From Desulfosoma sp. (GTDB taxonomy: Bacteria > Desulfobacterota > Syntrophobacteria > Syntrophobacterales > DSM-9756): 64,000 nt of DNA. The first letter of the stretch is position 1, and every line of letters starts with the position of its first letter. The DNA lies in the NCBI GenBank assembly GCA_037481835.1, contig JBBFKW010000017.1:52459-116458 (forward strand). The letters run 5' to 3'. Both the position numbers and the translations under genes were made by a program. Shown piece by piece: positions 36,904-49,090 of this stretch. Under the pieces are notes generated by a model that did not search any database, was not told where the DNA came from, and worked only from the letters and a program-made list of their open reading frames with translations.

Positions 36904-38070
36904 TCAGCGCACTTCAAGAATTGCGCACTTGAGGTAACGCGTCTCGGGCATGGCCAGAAGCGGCGGATGATCCAAGGCCTGGCCGCGCGCTTCCAGGAGT
37001 CGAAGGGAACGCCCGGCCGCCTGGGCGGCTCGGAGCAGCATCTCGTAGAAGGCTTCCTCCTTCAGGTGGTAGGAGCACGAGCACGTCACAAGAATGCCGC
37101 CTCGACGCACGGCCAGCATGGCTCGACGGTTGAGGTCCGTGTAGCCCTTGAGGGCGTTCGGAAGAGCGCTCTTGGTTTTGGCGAAAGCCGGCGGATCCAT
37201 GATGATCACATCGTAACTTTCGCGCGTGCTCCTCTTGAGAAAATCCAGAACCTCCCCGGCCTGAAAACGACATCGATCGCTCAAGCCGTTTTCCCGTGCA
37301 TCCCTTTCGGCCCGCTCGACCGCCTCCCGGGACTGATCCACCCCGATGACCCTTGAGGCCCCCGATGCCGCCGCCACAAGGCTCCACAACCCCTGATAGC
37401 AGAAAAGATCCAGGACCTCCGCTCCCAAAACATATCGGCGCACCGCTTCCCGATTATCCCGTTGGTCCAGGAAGAGGCCCGTCTTCTGTCCCTCCAGAGG
37501 ATCCACGCGGACGCTGAGCCCGTGCAGGGACACATCCACCGGCCCGTCCACCGCTCCGAAAAGAACCCCTTTGGTCAAAGGCAGCCCTTCCAGGCTCCGC
37601 GCCGACGTATCATTTCGCGCAAGGACCGTTCGGGCACCCTGCCTTTGGACGAGCACCTCCGCGATCACCGGTTCCATGGCGGCCATACCGGCCGTAGTCG
37701 TTTGCATCACCCATGCCGAATCGTAGCGATCGATCACGAGCCCCGGCAGTCCGTCCGATTCGCCGTAGACCGCCCGGTAGACCCTCTCTCCGGGATAGAC
37801 TCTTTCGCGAAACGCCACGGCCTGTCGCAGTTTTTCCTCAAAAAAGGACGGCGTCGGTTCGGTGCCCGGGGGCGCCGCGATCCGGCAGGTGATGAGTGAA
37901 TGGGGGTTGACGTAACCCGTGCCCCAGCGAAGTCCCGAAGCGGATACCACCTGGACCCATTCCCCCGGAGAAAAGGCCTTGAGCGTGCTTTCCACCTCAT
38001 TGCTGAACACCCAGCGATGCCCCTGGAGCAGCCGTCGCTCGCAGCTTCGTTTGACCACCAATTCCTGCAT
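36904..38070 (-). CDS. rlmI: RlmI-like rRNA m5C methyltransferase (PUA domain + class I MTase)
   Basis: GHRWVFSNE, GESDGLPGLVIDRY, GQKTGLFLDQR, MDPPAF, TCSCS, ETRYLK. Confidence 0.85.
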   Translation of the reverse strand: MQELVVKRSCERRLLQGHRWVFSNEVESTLKAFSPGEWVQVVSASGLRWGTGYVNPHSLITCRIAAPPGTEPTPSFFEEKLRQAVAFRERVYPGERVYRAVYGESDGLPGLVIDRYDSAWVMQTTTAGMAAMEPVIAEVLVQRQGARTVLARNDTSARSLEGLPLTKGVLFGAVDGPVDVSLHGLSVRVDPLEGQKTGLFLDQRDNREAVRRYVLGAEVLDLFCYQGLWSLVAAASGASRVIGVDQSREAVERAERDARENGLSDRCRFQAGEVLDFLKRSTRESYDVIIMDPPAFAKTKSALPNALKGYTDLNRRAMLAVRRGGILVTCSCSYHLKEEAFYEMLLRAAQAAGRSLRLLEARGQALDHPPLLAMPETRYLKCAILEVR

Positions 38071-38106
38071 GGATTTTCCTCCAAGAAAACCTCGAAGTCG
38101 GTCCTC

Positions 38107-38136
38107 AAAAATAAAAAAAGCGCTCCCGAGGAGCGC
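38107..38136 (-). terminator. Rho-independent terminator
   Basis: Minus strand GCGCTCC-TCG-GGAGCGC followed by a long T tract, just after the 89-aa gene. Confidence 0.75.
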
Positions 38137-38163
38137 CCGCGAGATGACAGGCCTCGCCGAGGG

Positions 38164-38433
38164 CTAGCCCGCATCCGATTGGATCGACTCCAAAACTATC
38201 CGGTAATCTTCGTAGATGCGCGCGTCGCTTTCGATGACTTCGTAAAGATCATCGAGATCCATGGCAATGACGGCGTCCTTGTCCGGCGCTTCTTCTTTGA
38301 GTTCGATCCAGATCCAATCCAGGAGCATTTCTTCGGGATCGTTGTAGCCTTCCTCATTCTTGTCCAAAACCCCGTCGGCAAGTTTGCGGCTGACTTTCTT
38401 CAGAGCCGCTTTCACAAATTCTTTCATTTCCAT
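38164..38433 (-). CDS. Small acidic hypothetical protein (89 aa)
   Basis: RBS GGAGG, typical codon usage, followed by a terminator. Confidence 0.8.
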   Translation of the reverse strand: MEMKEFVKAALKKVSRKLADGVLDKNEEGYNDPEEMLLDWIWIELKEEAPDKDAVIAMDLDDLYEVIESDARIYEDYRIVLESIQSDAG

Positions 38434-38752
38434 GTCTTATCGCCTCCATGTCTTGCATCGGGAAAAAGCCTTCTTGAGGCCGTATCGCCCTTTCTTCCCC
38501 GGGGACGTCGTCCTGTTCCAACGGCCCGCCGAACGGGAGACCTTCATGGCCTGCGCGTTTCCGAGGCATGCCAAAGAACGTCGTCCCACGGCGCACACGG
38601 CTTGATAGCGGATTTGACAGAGCTTTTCAACATGCAAACACCTTGAGGCTTAAGAAAAAGCGTGTGTTTTTCTTTTCCCGCCCACATTTCCTGTGCTAAC
38701 TTCTCCGCGTTTTTGACCCCAGAGGCCGGACACAAAGGAGCCGAAAGCAACC

Positions 38753-39406
38753 ATGAGAGAACGTCAATACGTGATCGATGCCATGACCATTCAGGATTCG
38801 TGGCGGCTTTTCAAAATCCTGGCAGAGTTTGTGGAAGGTTTTGAAATCCTCGGCGATATCTATCCGGCGGTCTCCATTTTCGGTTCGGCCCGCGTGCGTC
38901 CCGGAGACCCCACTTATGAGTTGACGGTGGAGATCGCCAAGAAGTTGGCGCAAAACGGCTACAACATCATTACCGGCGGCGGACCGGGGGTCATGGAAGC
39001 GGGCAACAAGGGCGCCCGGGAAGGCGGAGCCCGCTCCATCGGGTTGAACATCGAGCTGCCCATGGAGCAGGAAGCGAACCCCTACGCCGACGTCAAAATC
39101 AACTTCAAGTACTTTTTCGTCCGCAAGGTCATGTTCGTCAAATACGCCCAGGCCTACGTGGCCATGCCGGGCGGCTACGGCACCTTGGACGAAGTCTTCG
39201 AAGCCCTCACGCTCATCCAGACCAAGCGCATCAAGCCCTTCCCCATTATTCTCGTCGGCAGCGAGTACTGGGGCGGGCTCCTTCACTGGATGCGCCACAC
39301 CCTTCTGGCTCGGGGCCTCATTTCACCCGAGGACCCTGAGCTGGTCATGCTGGCGGACGAACCTGATCAGGTGGTCAAGATCATCAAGAAATACGTCATT
39401 GTGTAG
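38753..39406 (+). CDS. LOG family Rossmann-fold protein
   Basis: VSIFGSAR, ITGGGPGVMEA, FFVRK, PGGYGTLDE. Confidence 0.95.
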   Translation: MRERQYVIDAMTIQDSWRLFKILAEFVEGFEILGDIYPAVSIFGSARVRPGDPTYELTVEIAKKLAQNGYNIITGGGPGVMEAGNKGAREGGARSIGLNIELPMEQEANPYADVKINFKYFFVRKVMFVKYAQAYVAMPGGYGTLDEVFEALTLIQTKRIKPFPIILVGSEYWGGLLHWMRHTLLARGLISPEDPELVMLADEPDQVVKIIKKYVIV

Positions 39407-40889
39407 GGGCGCTGGACCCCTCGGCCGACACGAATTCCAAATGACCCTCGTGGGGCGCCAGGAGGGCGGAGGCCTCGATGTGGATCTCTTTCTTGAAGTG
39501 CTCTTCCAAGGCCATGAGGTCCTTGCGCTTTCGGTTCAGCAGGTAGTGGGCGATATCGGGGGCAAGGCGGGCATGGACGGCGATGACATCGTCTTTGAGG
39601 AACCCGTTCCAGATTTTTCTGAGATACCAGACGGCCGAGGCTTCCGTGGAGCGCACCATGCCACTTCCTTCGCAAAAGGGGCACGGCCGATAGGAACCCA
39701 GTTGGATGCTCAACCCCAGGTGTTCCCGGGAAATTTCAAGAAGGCCGAAGGAGGAAATCTTTCCGACCTTGACCTTGGCCTTGTCTTTCTTGACCTCTTC
39801 CCGGATGCGCCGCTCCACGTTACGGATGTGCTGCGCCTGGCGCATATCGATGAAATCCACCACCACTAACCCGCCCAAATCCCTCAGGCGAAGCTGTCGA
39901 GGAATCTCTTCCGCCGCTTCCATATTGACGCGGTAGATGTTTTCTTCCTGGGCCGTTTCCCGGGTGGCACGGCCGGAATTGACATCGATGGCCACCAACG
40001 CCTCGGTGCTGTCAATGACGAGGTAGCCACCCGATTTGAGAGGCACTTTCTTTTGAAAGAGCTGGTCGATTTGGTCTTCCAGATGAAACTTGTTGAAAAG
40101 GGGCGCGTCCCCCTTGTAGAGCTTGACCAGCCGCTGGTGCCTGGGGCTGATGATGCGGATGAATTCCTTGACTTGTCGGTGCACATCCGGATTGTCCACC
40201 ATGATGGATTTGATGGCCGGGTGGAAGTAGTCGCGCACCACGCGGATGGCCAGATCCCGTTCCCGATAGATGAGGGCCGGCGCCTGGGCTTCTTTGACTT
40301 TCTCGAGGATGCCTTCCCAGATGCGAATGAGGGAGCGGAGGTCCTTTTGGATCTCCCGCTTCGTGCGGTTTTCGGCGGCCGTGCGGACAATGATGCCCAT
40401 CTCTTCGGGAACTTCCAGTTCCTGGGCGATCTGCTTCAGGCGTTCTCTTTGGGCCTCGTCTTCGATCTTTCTCGACACCCCCCTTTGATTCTGTCCGGGG
40501 GCCAAGACCAGATAGCGGCCCGCAAGAGACACATAGGTCGTCAAGGCGGCGCCTTTGGTGCCGATTTCTTCCTTGGTCACCTGCACCAGGACTTCTTGCC
40601 CCTGGCGGATGACGTCCTGGATCTTGGGCGGCCCTTCGATTTCTACGGCATAATAGTCGGGATGAATTTCACTCAAGGGAAGAAAGCCGTTGCGTTCTCC
40701 GCCGTAATCCACAAAGGCGGCCTGGAGCGACGGCTGCACGTTGACCACGACGCCCTTGTAAATGTTGCCCACCACTTTGCCCCGCGTCGCCGTTTCGATG
40801 AAAAAACCTTCCAGCGACTGGCCATCCACCAAGGCCACGCGGAGTTCTTCGGGATACTGCGCATTGATGAGGAGATGCTGGGCGCTCAT
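39396..40889 (-). CDS. Ribonuclease E/G family endoribonuclease (catalytic domain only)
   Basis: GNIYKG S1 domain, AAFVDYG, AIDVNSG, RLRDLGGLVVVDFIDM, CPFCEGSG. Confidence 0.95.
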   Translation of the reverse strand: MSAQHLLINAQYPEELRVALVDGQSLEGFFIETATRGKVVGNIYKGVVVNVQPSLQAAFVDYGGERNGFLPLSEIHPDYYAVEIEGPPKIQDVIRQGQEVLVQVTKEEIGTKGAALTTYVSLAGRYLVLAPGQNQRGVSRKIEDEAQRERLKQIAQELEVPEEMGIIVRTAAENRTKREIQKDLRSLIRIWEGILEKVKEAQAPALIYRERDLAIRVVRDYFHPAIKSIMVDNPDVHRQVKEFIRIISPRHQRLVKLYKGDAPLFNKFHLEDQIDQLFQKKVPLKSGGYLVIDSTEALVAIDVNSGRATRETAQEENIYRVNMEAAEEIPRQLRLRDLGGLVVVDFIDMRQAQHIRNVERRIREEVKKDKAKVKVGKISSFGLLEISREHLGLSIQLGSYRPCPFCEGSGMVRSTEASAVWYLRKIWNGFLKDDVIAVHARLAPDIAHYLLNRKRKDLMALEEHFKKEIHIEASALLAPHEGHLEFVSAEGSSAPTQ

Positions 40890-42244
40890 AGGCTCTCGGT
40901 ACGGGATCCCCGCGCCGTGCGGCGCTGTTGGGCTTGATAGAGAAAAGTTTTCAGGATGACGTCCCGGTTGGGTTGGGTCGTCCCGTCGTAAGGGGCGTCC
41001 ACGTAAGGGATATGTTTTTCCGAAAGGATCGGTTTAAGGATTGCGGAACAGACGGTGCTGGGCATGCAGGTAAAGGGAAAGACGTTCACGATGCCGTCGA
41101 AACCTTCATGAACGTATGCCAGGGCGCCGCCGATGCTCAAAGCCGCTTCGGTGCCGATATCGAAGCTGAAATGACGGTTGTTATCCAGAAAATGTTCAAT
41201 GTGACGCACCGAATGATCCGGCTGAATATCCAGGTGGCGCAGAACCCGGGCGTAGACCTGATGCTGGCGCCAGGACTGGTAGCCGTTTTCCAGGCGCTGG
41301 TGCAGCACCGCCTTCGCCGCTCGCACAGCCGCCGCTCGGCGGCCTCTGCGCCACGCCTCGGCACAGCGCTTCTTTTCCTTGCGCAGCCGCTCATAGCTCA
41401 CGAAGTTGATCCACTCCGCAATGGAGGCGTCCACCACCTCGCCGCCGTAGGCTTCCAGCTGCCGGATGATGTTCTGGTTCGACTCCGGGTGGCTTCTCAG
41501 GTAAATCTCGCCGATGATCCCGATTTTCGGTCTCCTGGGCTTTCTCGGATCGATGAAGGAGGCCGCCGTTCGGGCCACGTCCTCCACGAGATCGTAGAGG
41601 CGGCCGAAGTCCCGCATAGGGCCGTATTTCCTCACAGCCTCTTCCATGGCCTGCAGGGCTTCTTCCATGAAGGCGTCCGTCATCCCCGGCCGCAACTCGT
41701 ACGGGCGCACCCGCCAGACGATGCGGTCGAAAACGTCGGCGATCACGGAAGCCACATAGGCCACCCGTCGGAAATATCGGGCTTTTTTTGCGGGCATCAG
41801 CCCGGCGACGGAATAGGCGTCTTGGGTGGACAGATACGTAATGGGAATTTCTCGGTATTCCGGAAACCGATCGAGGACGATCCGCTGAAACTTGTTGTAC
41901 ATGCCGAACCGACACGGCCCGTCCGATTCCGGCAGGAAATAGACATAGCGTTCGGGGTCGAAGTCTTTGCCCAGGCGGCTTTTTTCCTGTTCCAAGAAAT
42001 AGAGGATATCGCCAAGGGTCACTTGGCACGGGAAGCATTCCTTGCCCGAGGTAAACTCCTTGCCCAACGCCAGGCCCTTGTAGGTTTCCAGCACCATGGC
42101 CGGAACGCCGAACGCCCGAAAGCTCGCCGCCAAGAGCCGTGTGCCGAACGGCGTCATCTGAGGCAGCAGGAGCATGCGTCCGGTGACGTCGAAACGATCA
42201 ACCCCTTGGTGCAGACGGTCCAAAGCCTTTCCCTCGGCGGGCAT
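40886..42244 (-). CDS. CoA activase-associated protein (2-hydroxyacyl-CoA dehydratase-like)
   Basis: SGKECFPCQVT.GD, GPCRFGMY, IGIIGEIYLR, PFTCMP. Confidence 0.85.
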   Translation of the reverse strand: MPAEGKALDRLHQGVDRFDVTGRMLLLPQMTPFGTRLLAASFRAFGVPAMVLETYKGLALGKEFTSGKECFPCQVTLGDILYFLEQEKSRLGKDFDPERYVYFLPESDGPCRFGMYNKFQRIVLDRFPEYREIPITYLSTQDAYSVAGLMPAKKARYFRRVAYVASVIADVFDRIVWRVRPYELRPGMTDAFMEEALQAMEEAVRKYGPMRDFGRLYDLVEDVARTAASFIDPRKPRRPKIGIIGEIYLRSHPESNQNIIRQLEAYGGEVVDASIAEWINFVSYERLRKEKKRCAEAWRRGRRAAAVRAAKAVLHQRLENGYQSWRQHQVYARVLRHLDIQPDHSVRHIEHFLDNNRHFSFDIGTEAALSIGGALAYVHEGFDGIVNVFPFTCMPSTVCSAILKPILSEKHIPYVDAPYDGTTQPNRDVILKTFLYQAQQRRTARGSRTESL

Positions 42245-42263
42245 GGAACCTCCAGAGGCTCTT

Positions 42264-45200
42264 TCAGTTGCTCAACGTGCCGGCCAGCACATCCCAATCG
42301 GCGGAGCCCAGCAATCCTTCGTGGACGTTTTTCACCACGTTGCGAAAGGCTTCCACACGGGTCAGGAGCCCCGCCACGGCGCTGTGTTCGTCCAGTTCCA
42401 GGATGAGGGCCGGTTTGTCTTCCAGGATATGGCGGTAGAAATGTTCAATAAAGGAATCGGGCCCGCAACTGAAATTGCTCAAGTGCACGCCGAACCACTG
42501 GGGGGTGCGGGCGATGCGCTTGGCGCTCTTCAGGATGCGGGCGCCCAAGCCCCAGTACATCCTGGGAAAATCACTCAAATGCTCCCGGTCCATCTCCAGC
42601 AGGTCCGCCGGAACGGCCCAGATCCCCAGTTTGGCCAAATGGCGCCCCAGCCTCAGGTTCAATCGTTCATCGTAGAGGTTGTACGGCCGGCCGGTGACGA
42701 TCCAGACGGGTTCAAGGCCGGGCACCTGAGCCAGCATGCTCCGGCCCAGATCCGCAACGCGGCTGCGGAACAGCTGCTGATAGGCCCAGGCGGCGCGGAC
42801 GGCCGCTTCCACCCGGCCCCTGCCCATCCGCCAGGATTGGGGCAGAGCGGCCGCAACGGCCGGGACGAGCCCTTCAGGCCCCTGCTTCAAATAAAGGGTC
42901 GGGCGGATGATCCGCTCATCGGCAAGGCCGAGCGCCGCCCGCACCATGTACTGGGAACTCTCCACCAGCGGGCAGAACATGCCCGCTTCATGTCGGCCGG
43001 AAACGGGCATGTCGATGACATTGGGCAAAAAGAGGTATTCGGCATGGTCCAGCAGCATGCGCACATGCCCGTGGAACACCTTGACGGGAAAGCAGGTTTC
43101 CGCCGTCATGGATTCCACGCCCTTGAGCGCGATGCGGTTGTCCGTCTTTGGGCTCACCACCACGCGGCAGCCCAAAGCCGCCAGGAGGCGCACCCAGAAG
43201 GGTCCCCATTCCAAGGCGTGCAGGGCCAGGGGCACGCCCACCACGGGACGCCCTTCATTCGATGGGTTGACTTCGCTCGGTTCCCCCGCCACGTCCGCGT
43301 GTTCCCGAACCATCTCCCAGAACAGTCGCTGGCGGGCTTCAAAGGCGTTGAAGGCCGTCTGCCCCCGGTAGTGGCTCACTTCGTACCGGCCGCAATCGCC
43401 CCCCCAAACGCTCTTTCGGCCGACGAAATCGTAAATCTTGAGCTTGCATTCGTTGTGGCAGTTCTTGTCGGCTCGACACAAGGATTCCGTAAATTCCACG
43501 GTCGCTTCGGCCAGGGCCCGAAAATCCCGTGTTTTTTCGGAAAACTCGCCGCGTTCGAAGGCTTCCTTGACAGCCAGGGCGGCCCCGTAGGCCCCCATGA
43601 CTTCTCGGTGGCGAGGCACCAGCAGCGGCCGGTTCAGCACCCTTTCGAAAGCCGCCACCACGGCCTTGTTCAGCGAAGGGCCGCCGAGAAACATGATCTT
43701 CTTGCCGATGGGCCGTTTGCCCACCACCCGGTTGAGGTAATTGTGGACCACGGCGTAGCACAGTCCGGCGATGAGGTCTTCCCGGCGGGCTCCTTTTTGA
43801 AAATAGCTGAAGAGGTCCGATTCCATGAACACCGTGCAGCGTTCCGCCAAGCTGACGGGGCTTCGGGAAGCCAGAGCCAGCTCCTGGAATTCCCCCACGA
43901 TGTTGATCTTCATCTTGTTGGCCAGTTCGTGCAGGAAGCTCCCCGTGCCGGCGGCGCACACCTTGTTCATGTCAAAATCCAGCGGATGGGTCCTCTCCAG
44001 GCGGATGTACTTGGAATCCTGCCCGCCGATCTCGAAAATGGTGTCCACGTCCGGATCCACCGCCATGGCCCCTTTGGCATGGGCCGTGATTTCGTCGAGG
44101 ATGAGGTCGGCGTTGAGGAAATCGCCCACGACGTTGCGCCCCGACCCCGTGGTGGCCACGGCCTTGATGCGCACCGAAGATCCCACCTCGGCCAAAAGCG
44201 TGCGCAAGAGTTTTTGGGTCGTTTCGATGGGTTTCCCTTGGGTCTGCACGTAGCACTTGTGCCGGATGATCCCCGATTCGTCCACCAAGGCGTACTTGGT
44301 GGTGGTGGACCCGATATCCACGCCCAGGTAGACGGGCAGCGGGTTTTTCCCCCGGCCGTCCCGCGGATCCAAGGCATTGGACGGATCGAAGACCGTCAGA
44401 CGCATCTCCAGCCGCGGGGCCCGAGGAAAAACTTCGACCGCGCCGTCGTGTTCCTCCCGCACCTGCTCGGGTTCCACCCGATTGGTCCGGCGGGCCCGGC
44501 GGCTGAGAAGAGCCGCTCCCAGAGCCCCCAGAGACGCGTGGTGCGGCGGAACCCGGATCGACGGGAAATACTGGCGAAAGGCCTCCACCTGGAGCGGGTT
44601 TGAAGCCATGCCGCCGATGAAGATCACCGGCTCTTCGATCGTGCGGCTCGCCACGATGGTGCTCACGTAATTGGCCGCGTTGCCGTAATGGAGCCCCGCG
44701 ATGATGTTGGGGAGGGGTTCACCCTTGTTCTGAAGATGGATCATGTCCGATTTGGTAAAAACCGTGCATCGGCAGGCCACGGGAGCAGGCGAGCTGTGCC
44801 TGAGGCCCAGGGCGATGAAATCCTCCAGGGTCTTTTGCACCTTCTCCTGGCTCATTTCAAATTCGGCGCCGTAAATGGACGACGCCAGGCGCGCGCTCTG
44901 CTGGTCCATGAAAGAGCCCGTCCCCGACGCACAGGGCCCGTTCATGTTGAAGGCTTCCAAATGCCAGGATCCGTCCGCGTAGCCCAGTTGGAAAAGGCAG
45001 GCGTCCTGTCCGCCGATGCTGATGATCGTGCGCACGCCCGGGGCCACATGAACGGCCCCCGTCACCTGGGCGATGGTTTCCACTTCGAAGGGCGCCCCAA
45101 GGGTCCGGGCGAGCCTTTCGCCGTGGACGCCCGTAAACGTCACGGATCGGATGGAGGCCCGGTCGAAGCGCGAGAAGATCTCTTGGAGCACCCGGCGCAC

Positions 45201-45323
45201 CTCAGGGACGATGATCCCAAAATGCCGCACATAGGGCGCCTCCCAAGCAATCTTCTCCTCCTCGTCGATCACCACCGCATTGACGCTGACCGATCCCACA
45301 TCCACACCGACATCGAAAGCCAT
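42264..45323 (-). CDS. Acyl-CoA dehydratase activase: two ASKHA ATPase domains plus DUF2229-like domain
   Basis: GVDVGSVS / IGGQD / CASGTGSF / CTVF and GVDIGSTTTK / IGGQDSK / CAAGTGSF / CTVF; then ETCFPVK, FCPLV, NFSCGPDS, LELDEH. Confidence 0.92.
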   Translation of the reverse strand: MAFDVGVDVGSVSVNAVVIDEEEKIAWEAPYVRHFGIIVPEVRRVLQEIFSRFDRASIRSVTFTGVHGERLARTLGAPFEVETIAQVTGAVHVAPGVRTIISIGGQDACLFQLGYADGSWHLEAFNMNGPCASGTGSFMDQQSARLASSIYGAEFEMSQEKVQKTLEDFIALGLRHSSPAPVACRCTVFTKSDMIHLQNKGEPLPNIIAGLHYGNAANYVSTIVASRTIEEPVIFIGGMASNPLQVEAFRQYFPSIRVPPHHASLGALGAALLSRRARRTNRVEPEQVREEHDGAVEVFPRAPRLEMRLTVFDPSNALDPRDGRGKNPLPVYLGVDIGSTTTKYALVDESGIIRHKCYVQTQGKPIETTQKLLRTLLAEVGSSVRIKAVATTGSGRNVVGDFLNADLILDEITAHAKGAMAVDPDVDTIFEIGGQDSKYIRLERTHPLDFDMNKVCAAGTGSFLHELANKMKINIVGEFQELALASRSPVSLAERCTVFMESDLFSYFQKGARREDLIAGLCYAVVHNYLNRVVGKRPIGKKIMFLGGPSLNKAVVAAFERVLNRPLLVPRHREVMGAYGAALAVKEAFERGEFSEKTRDFRALAEATVEFTESLCRADKNCHNECKLKIYDFVGRKSVWGGDCGRYEVSHYRGQTAFNAFEARQRLFWEMVREHADVAGEPSEVNPSNEGRPVVGVPLALHALEWGPFWVRLLAALGCRVVVSPKTDNRIALKGVESMTAETCFPVKVFHGHVRMLLDHAEYLFLPNVIDMPVSGRHEAGMFCPLVESSQYMVRAALGLADERIIRPTLYLKQGPEGLVPAVAAALPQSWRMGRGRVEAAVRAAWAYQQLFRSRVADLGRSMLAQVPGLEPVWIVTGRPYNLYDERLNLRLGRHLAKLGIWAVPADLLEMDREHLSDFPRMYWGLGARILKSAKRIARTPQWFGVHLSNFSCGPDSFIEHFYRHILEDKPALILELDEHSAVAGLLTRVEAFRNVVKNVHEGLLGSADWDVLAGTLSN

Positions 45324-45446
45324 GACAGCACCCTCCATCCCGGGCTGAGATCATGGGCGTGACCAAACGGCTCTAGAATACTCGAAGATGCCTCGCCGGA
45401 AAAGCCTCTGCGCCGCGGCGGCTCTGCCGAAAAGGGCCTTTGCGGC

Positions 45447-46412
45447 CTATGTCTCGTTTTCATCTGGTGCGGGAACCACGAAGTGTCGCCCGTGGAACTC
45501 TTGAAGCCGAAGCCGCCCCCGGCTCACGAGGTTCTTCACCGCCCGGCTCACGACTTCTACCGAAACGCCCAAGGCGTCGGCCATTTCCTCCTCCGGACAC
45601 GGCCTTCGGCGGACCAGCCCGATGAGGCGCTCTTCCAGAGCTTCCTGCGGCGTCCGCCCGCCCCTGGGTTCGTAGGCCCCCAAAACATCCACAGGGCACG
45701 ACGAAAAGAAAGCGGCAGCTTCGGCCATGGCCTCCGCCGACAACCCGCAAATGCCGGCCACCGCCGGTGGACGCACCACCGTGTTCAGTTCCACCCGGTC
45801 CGGGCCGATGCGGCGCACCAGGGCGGCAAGATCCCGAAGATGCTCCGCCGCGTCGTTGATGCCGGCCACCAAAAGGATCTCCAGATGATAGGCCCCTGCG
45901 TACTCGGCCCGAAAGGCTTGCAACCCTTCGAGGATGCGATCCAGGGACAAGCGGGGGTGAGGCCGATTGAGCCGGGCGAAAACGTCCGGATGGGCCGCGT
46001 CCAAAGACGGCACCACCCGATCGGCCTGGAGGAGAGCCCGGCGCACGTTGGGATCCCACAAAAGCGTTCCGTTCGTGAGAACGACCAGAGGCACGGTCGG
46101 GAATCTTTTCTTGATGGCCGGGATGAGATCCCCCAAGGGTTCGTAGAGTGTGGGTTCCCCCGCGGACGAAAAGGTAAGGGCGTCCACCGACCCTGGGCGG
46201 GGTTTTAAGAACGCCTCCAACTGGGCCAAAACCGCATCCGGGGGGATAAAGGCTTCGCGACGCAGACTCAGGTGGGTCGTCGGGCCGGATTCACAATACA
46301 GGCAGTCCAACGTGCAGGTCTTCGGGGGAATGACGTCGATGCCGAGAGAACGGCCCAGTCGCCGCGAAGGCACCGGCCCGAACAGAGCGGGAGTCACATG
46401 GGCGGCTTTCAT
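45447..46412 (-). CDS. Radical SAM protein of unknown function
   Basis: FGPVPSRRLGRSLGID, CTLDCLYC, GEPTL, LTNGTLL, PSLDA. Confidence 0.92.
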   Translation of the reverse strand: MKAAHVTPALFGPVPSRRLGRSLGIDVIPPKTCTLDCLYCESGPTTHLSLRREAFIPPDAVLAQLEAFLKPRPGSVDALTFSSAGEPTLYEPLGDLIPAIKKRFPTVPLVVLTNGTLLWDPNVRRALLQADRVVPSLDAAHPDVFARLNRPHPRLSLDRILEGLQAFRAEYAGAYHLEILLVAGINDAAEHLRDLAALVRRIGPDRVELNTVVRPPAVAGICGLSAEAMAEAAAFFSSCPVDVLGAYEPRGGRTPQEALEERLIGLVRRRPCPEEEMADALGVSVEVVSRAVKNLVSRGRLRLQEFHGRHFVVPAPDENET

Positions 46413-46852
46413 GCCCCGGGGTCCTGAACCGATCCTTCATGACAGCGCTGCATCATCACGTGGTTCTTCTTCTTGATGTAGACCTCGCATTCCGTGCACA
46501 CTTGCCCCTTTTCCTTGCAGGTCCTGGGGACCAGATCCCAGCACGGCACGGGGAAATTGAGGATCGCCGGGCAGCTCTTGCGCACCGCCTCGTCGCAGCC
46601 GCGAATCTCCCAACAAGGTGCCACGGTCAAAAGCTTCTTTACCCCGGCGATGTTGAGCCCGTCCTCGCTGAGAAGACGGCGCAGGCACTTGAGCCATTGC
46701 AAATCGTTGTTGGAATAGAAGCGTTTCCCACCCCGTCGGGCCGGCTTGATGAGGCCTTCCTGCTCGTAAATCCTTAACGTGCGCGGATGGATGTTGAGCA
46801 GCTCGGCCACAATGCCGATGGGATACAAAGCCTTTCCGTTTTCCACCTCCAC
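46409..46852 (-). CDS. HspR-like MerR regulator with Cys-rich C-terminal domain
   Basis: YPIGIVAELLNIHPRTLRIYE.EGLIKP...GLNIAGVK, then CWEIRGC...CPA...CWDL...C...CTEC. GTG start after AAGGAGG. Confidence 0.9.
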   Translation of the reverse strand: MEVENGKALYPIGIVAELLNIHPRTLRIYEQEGLIKPARRGGKRFYSNNDLQWLKCLRRLLSEDGLNIAGVKKLLTVAPCWEIRGCDEAVRKSCPAILNFPVPCWDLVPRTCKEKGQVCTECEVYIKKKNHVMMQRCHEGSVQDPGA

Positions 46853-46937
46853 GATGCCTTCCTCCTTCGTGGGTCCTGGCGACAAAGTGACTTGGCAATG
46901 CATCTGATACATAAATATCAACGACGTTGTCAAGCCA

Positions 46938-48770
<1,833 letters not shown>

Positions 48771-49090
48771 AAAATTTCTCCGTCTCAACCCATGCTTCTT
48801 CAGCCAGAATTCTCCCCCGACCGGATCTCCGCCTCCTGGGAACGGGTTCTCCATGTCCGGCGTCGGGTTGCATTTTCTCACGATTTTTTAAAAAGTCGAG
48901 GCGCCTGAACGGCGACGGCCACCGCACCGCGTTCCGTCCGCCTTTTCCCTTGCCAAAACTTCAGCGCCTAAAGTAACTTTTTGTGCCTCTCCCTTAACCG
49001 CAGGCAGCGTCATGAGCGGACCCCGGCAGATCCGCACATCCGGAAAGCCAAAGCCCCGGAGATTGTGACAAAGACATAGGAGACAAGGCC

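Noticed and set aside
46853..46937. HAIR operator upstream of the HspR-like gene
   Set aside because: No CTTGAGT-N7-ACTCAAG match; only a minus-strand TTGACA is visible.
48790..48908. Plus-strand peptide EFSPDRISASWERVL resembling a glycosyltransferase C-terminus
   Set aside because: Too short, opposite in strand to asnB, and no other supporting motif.
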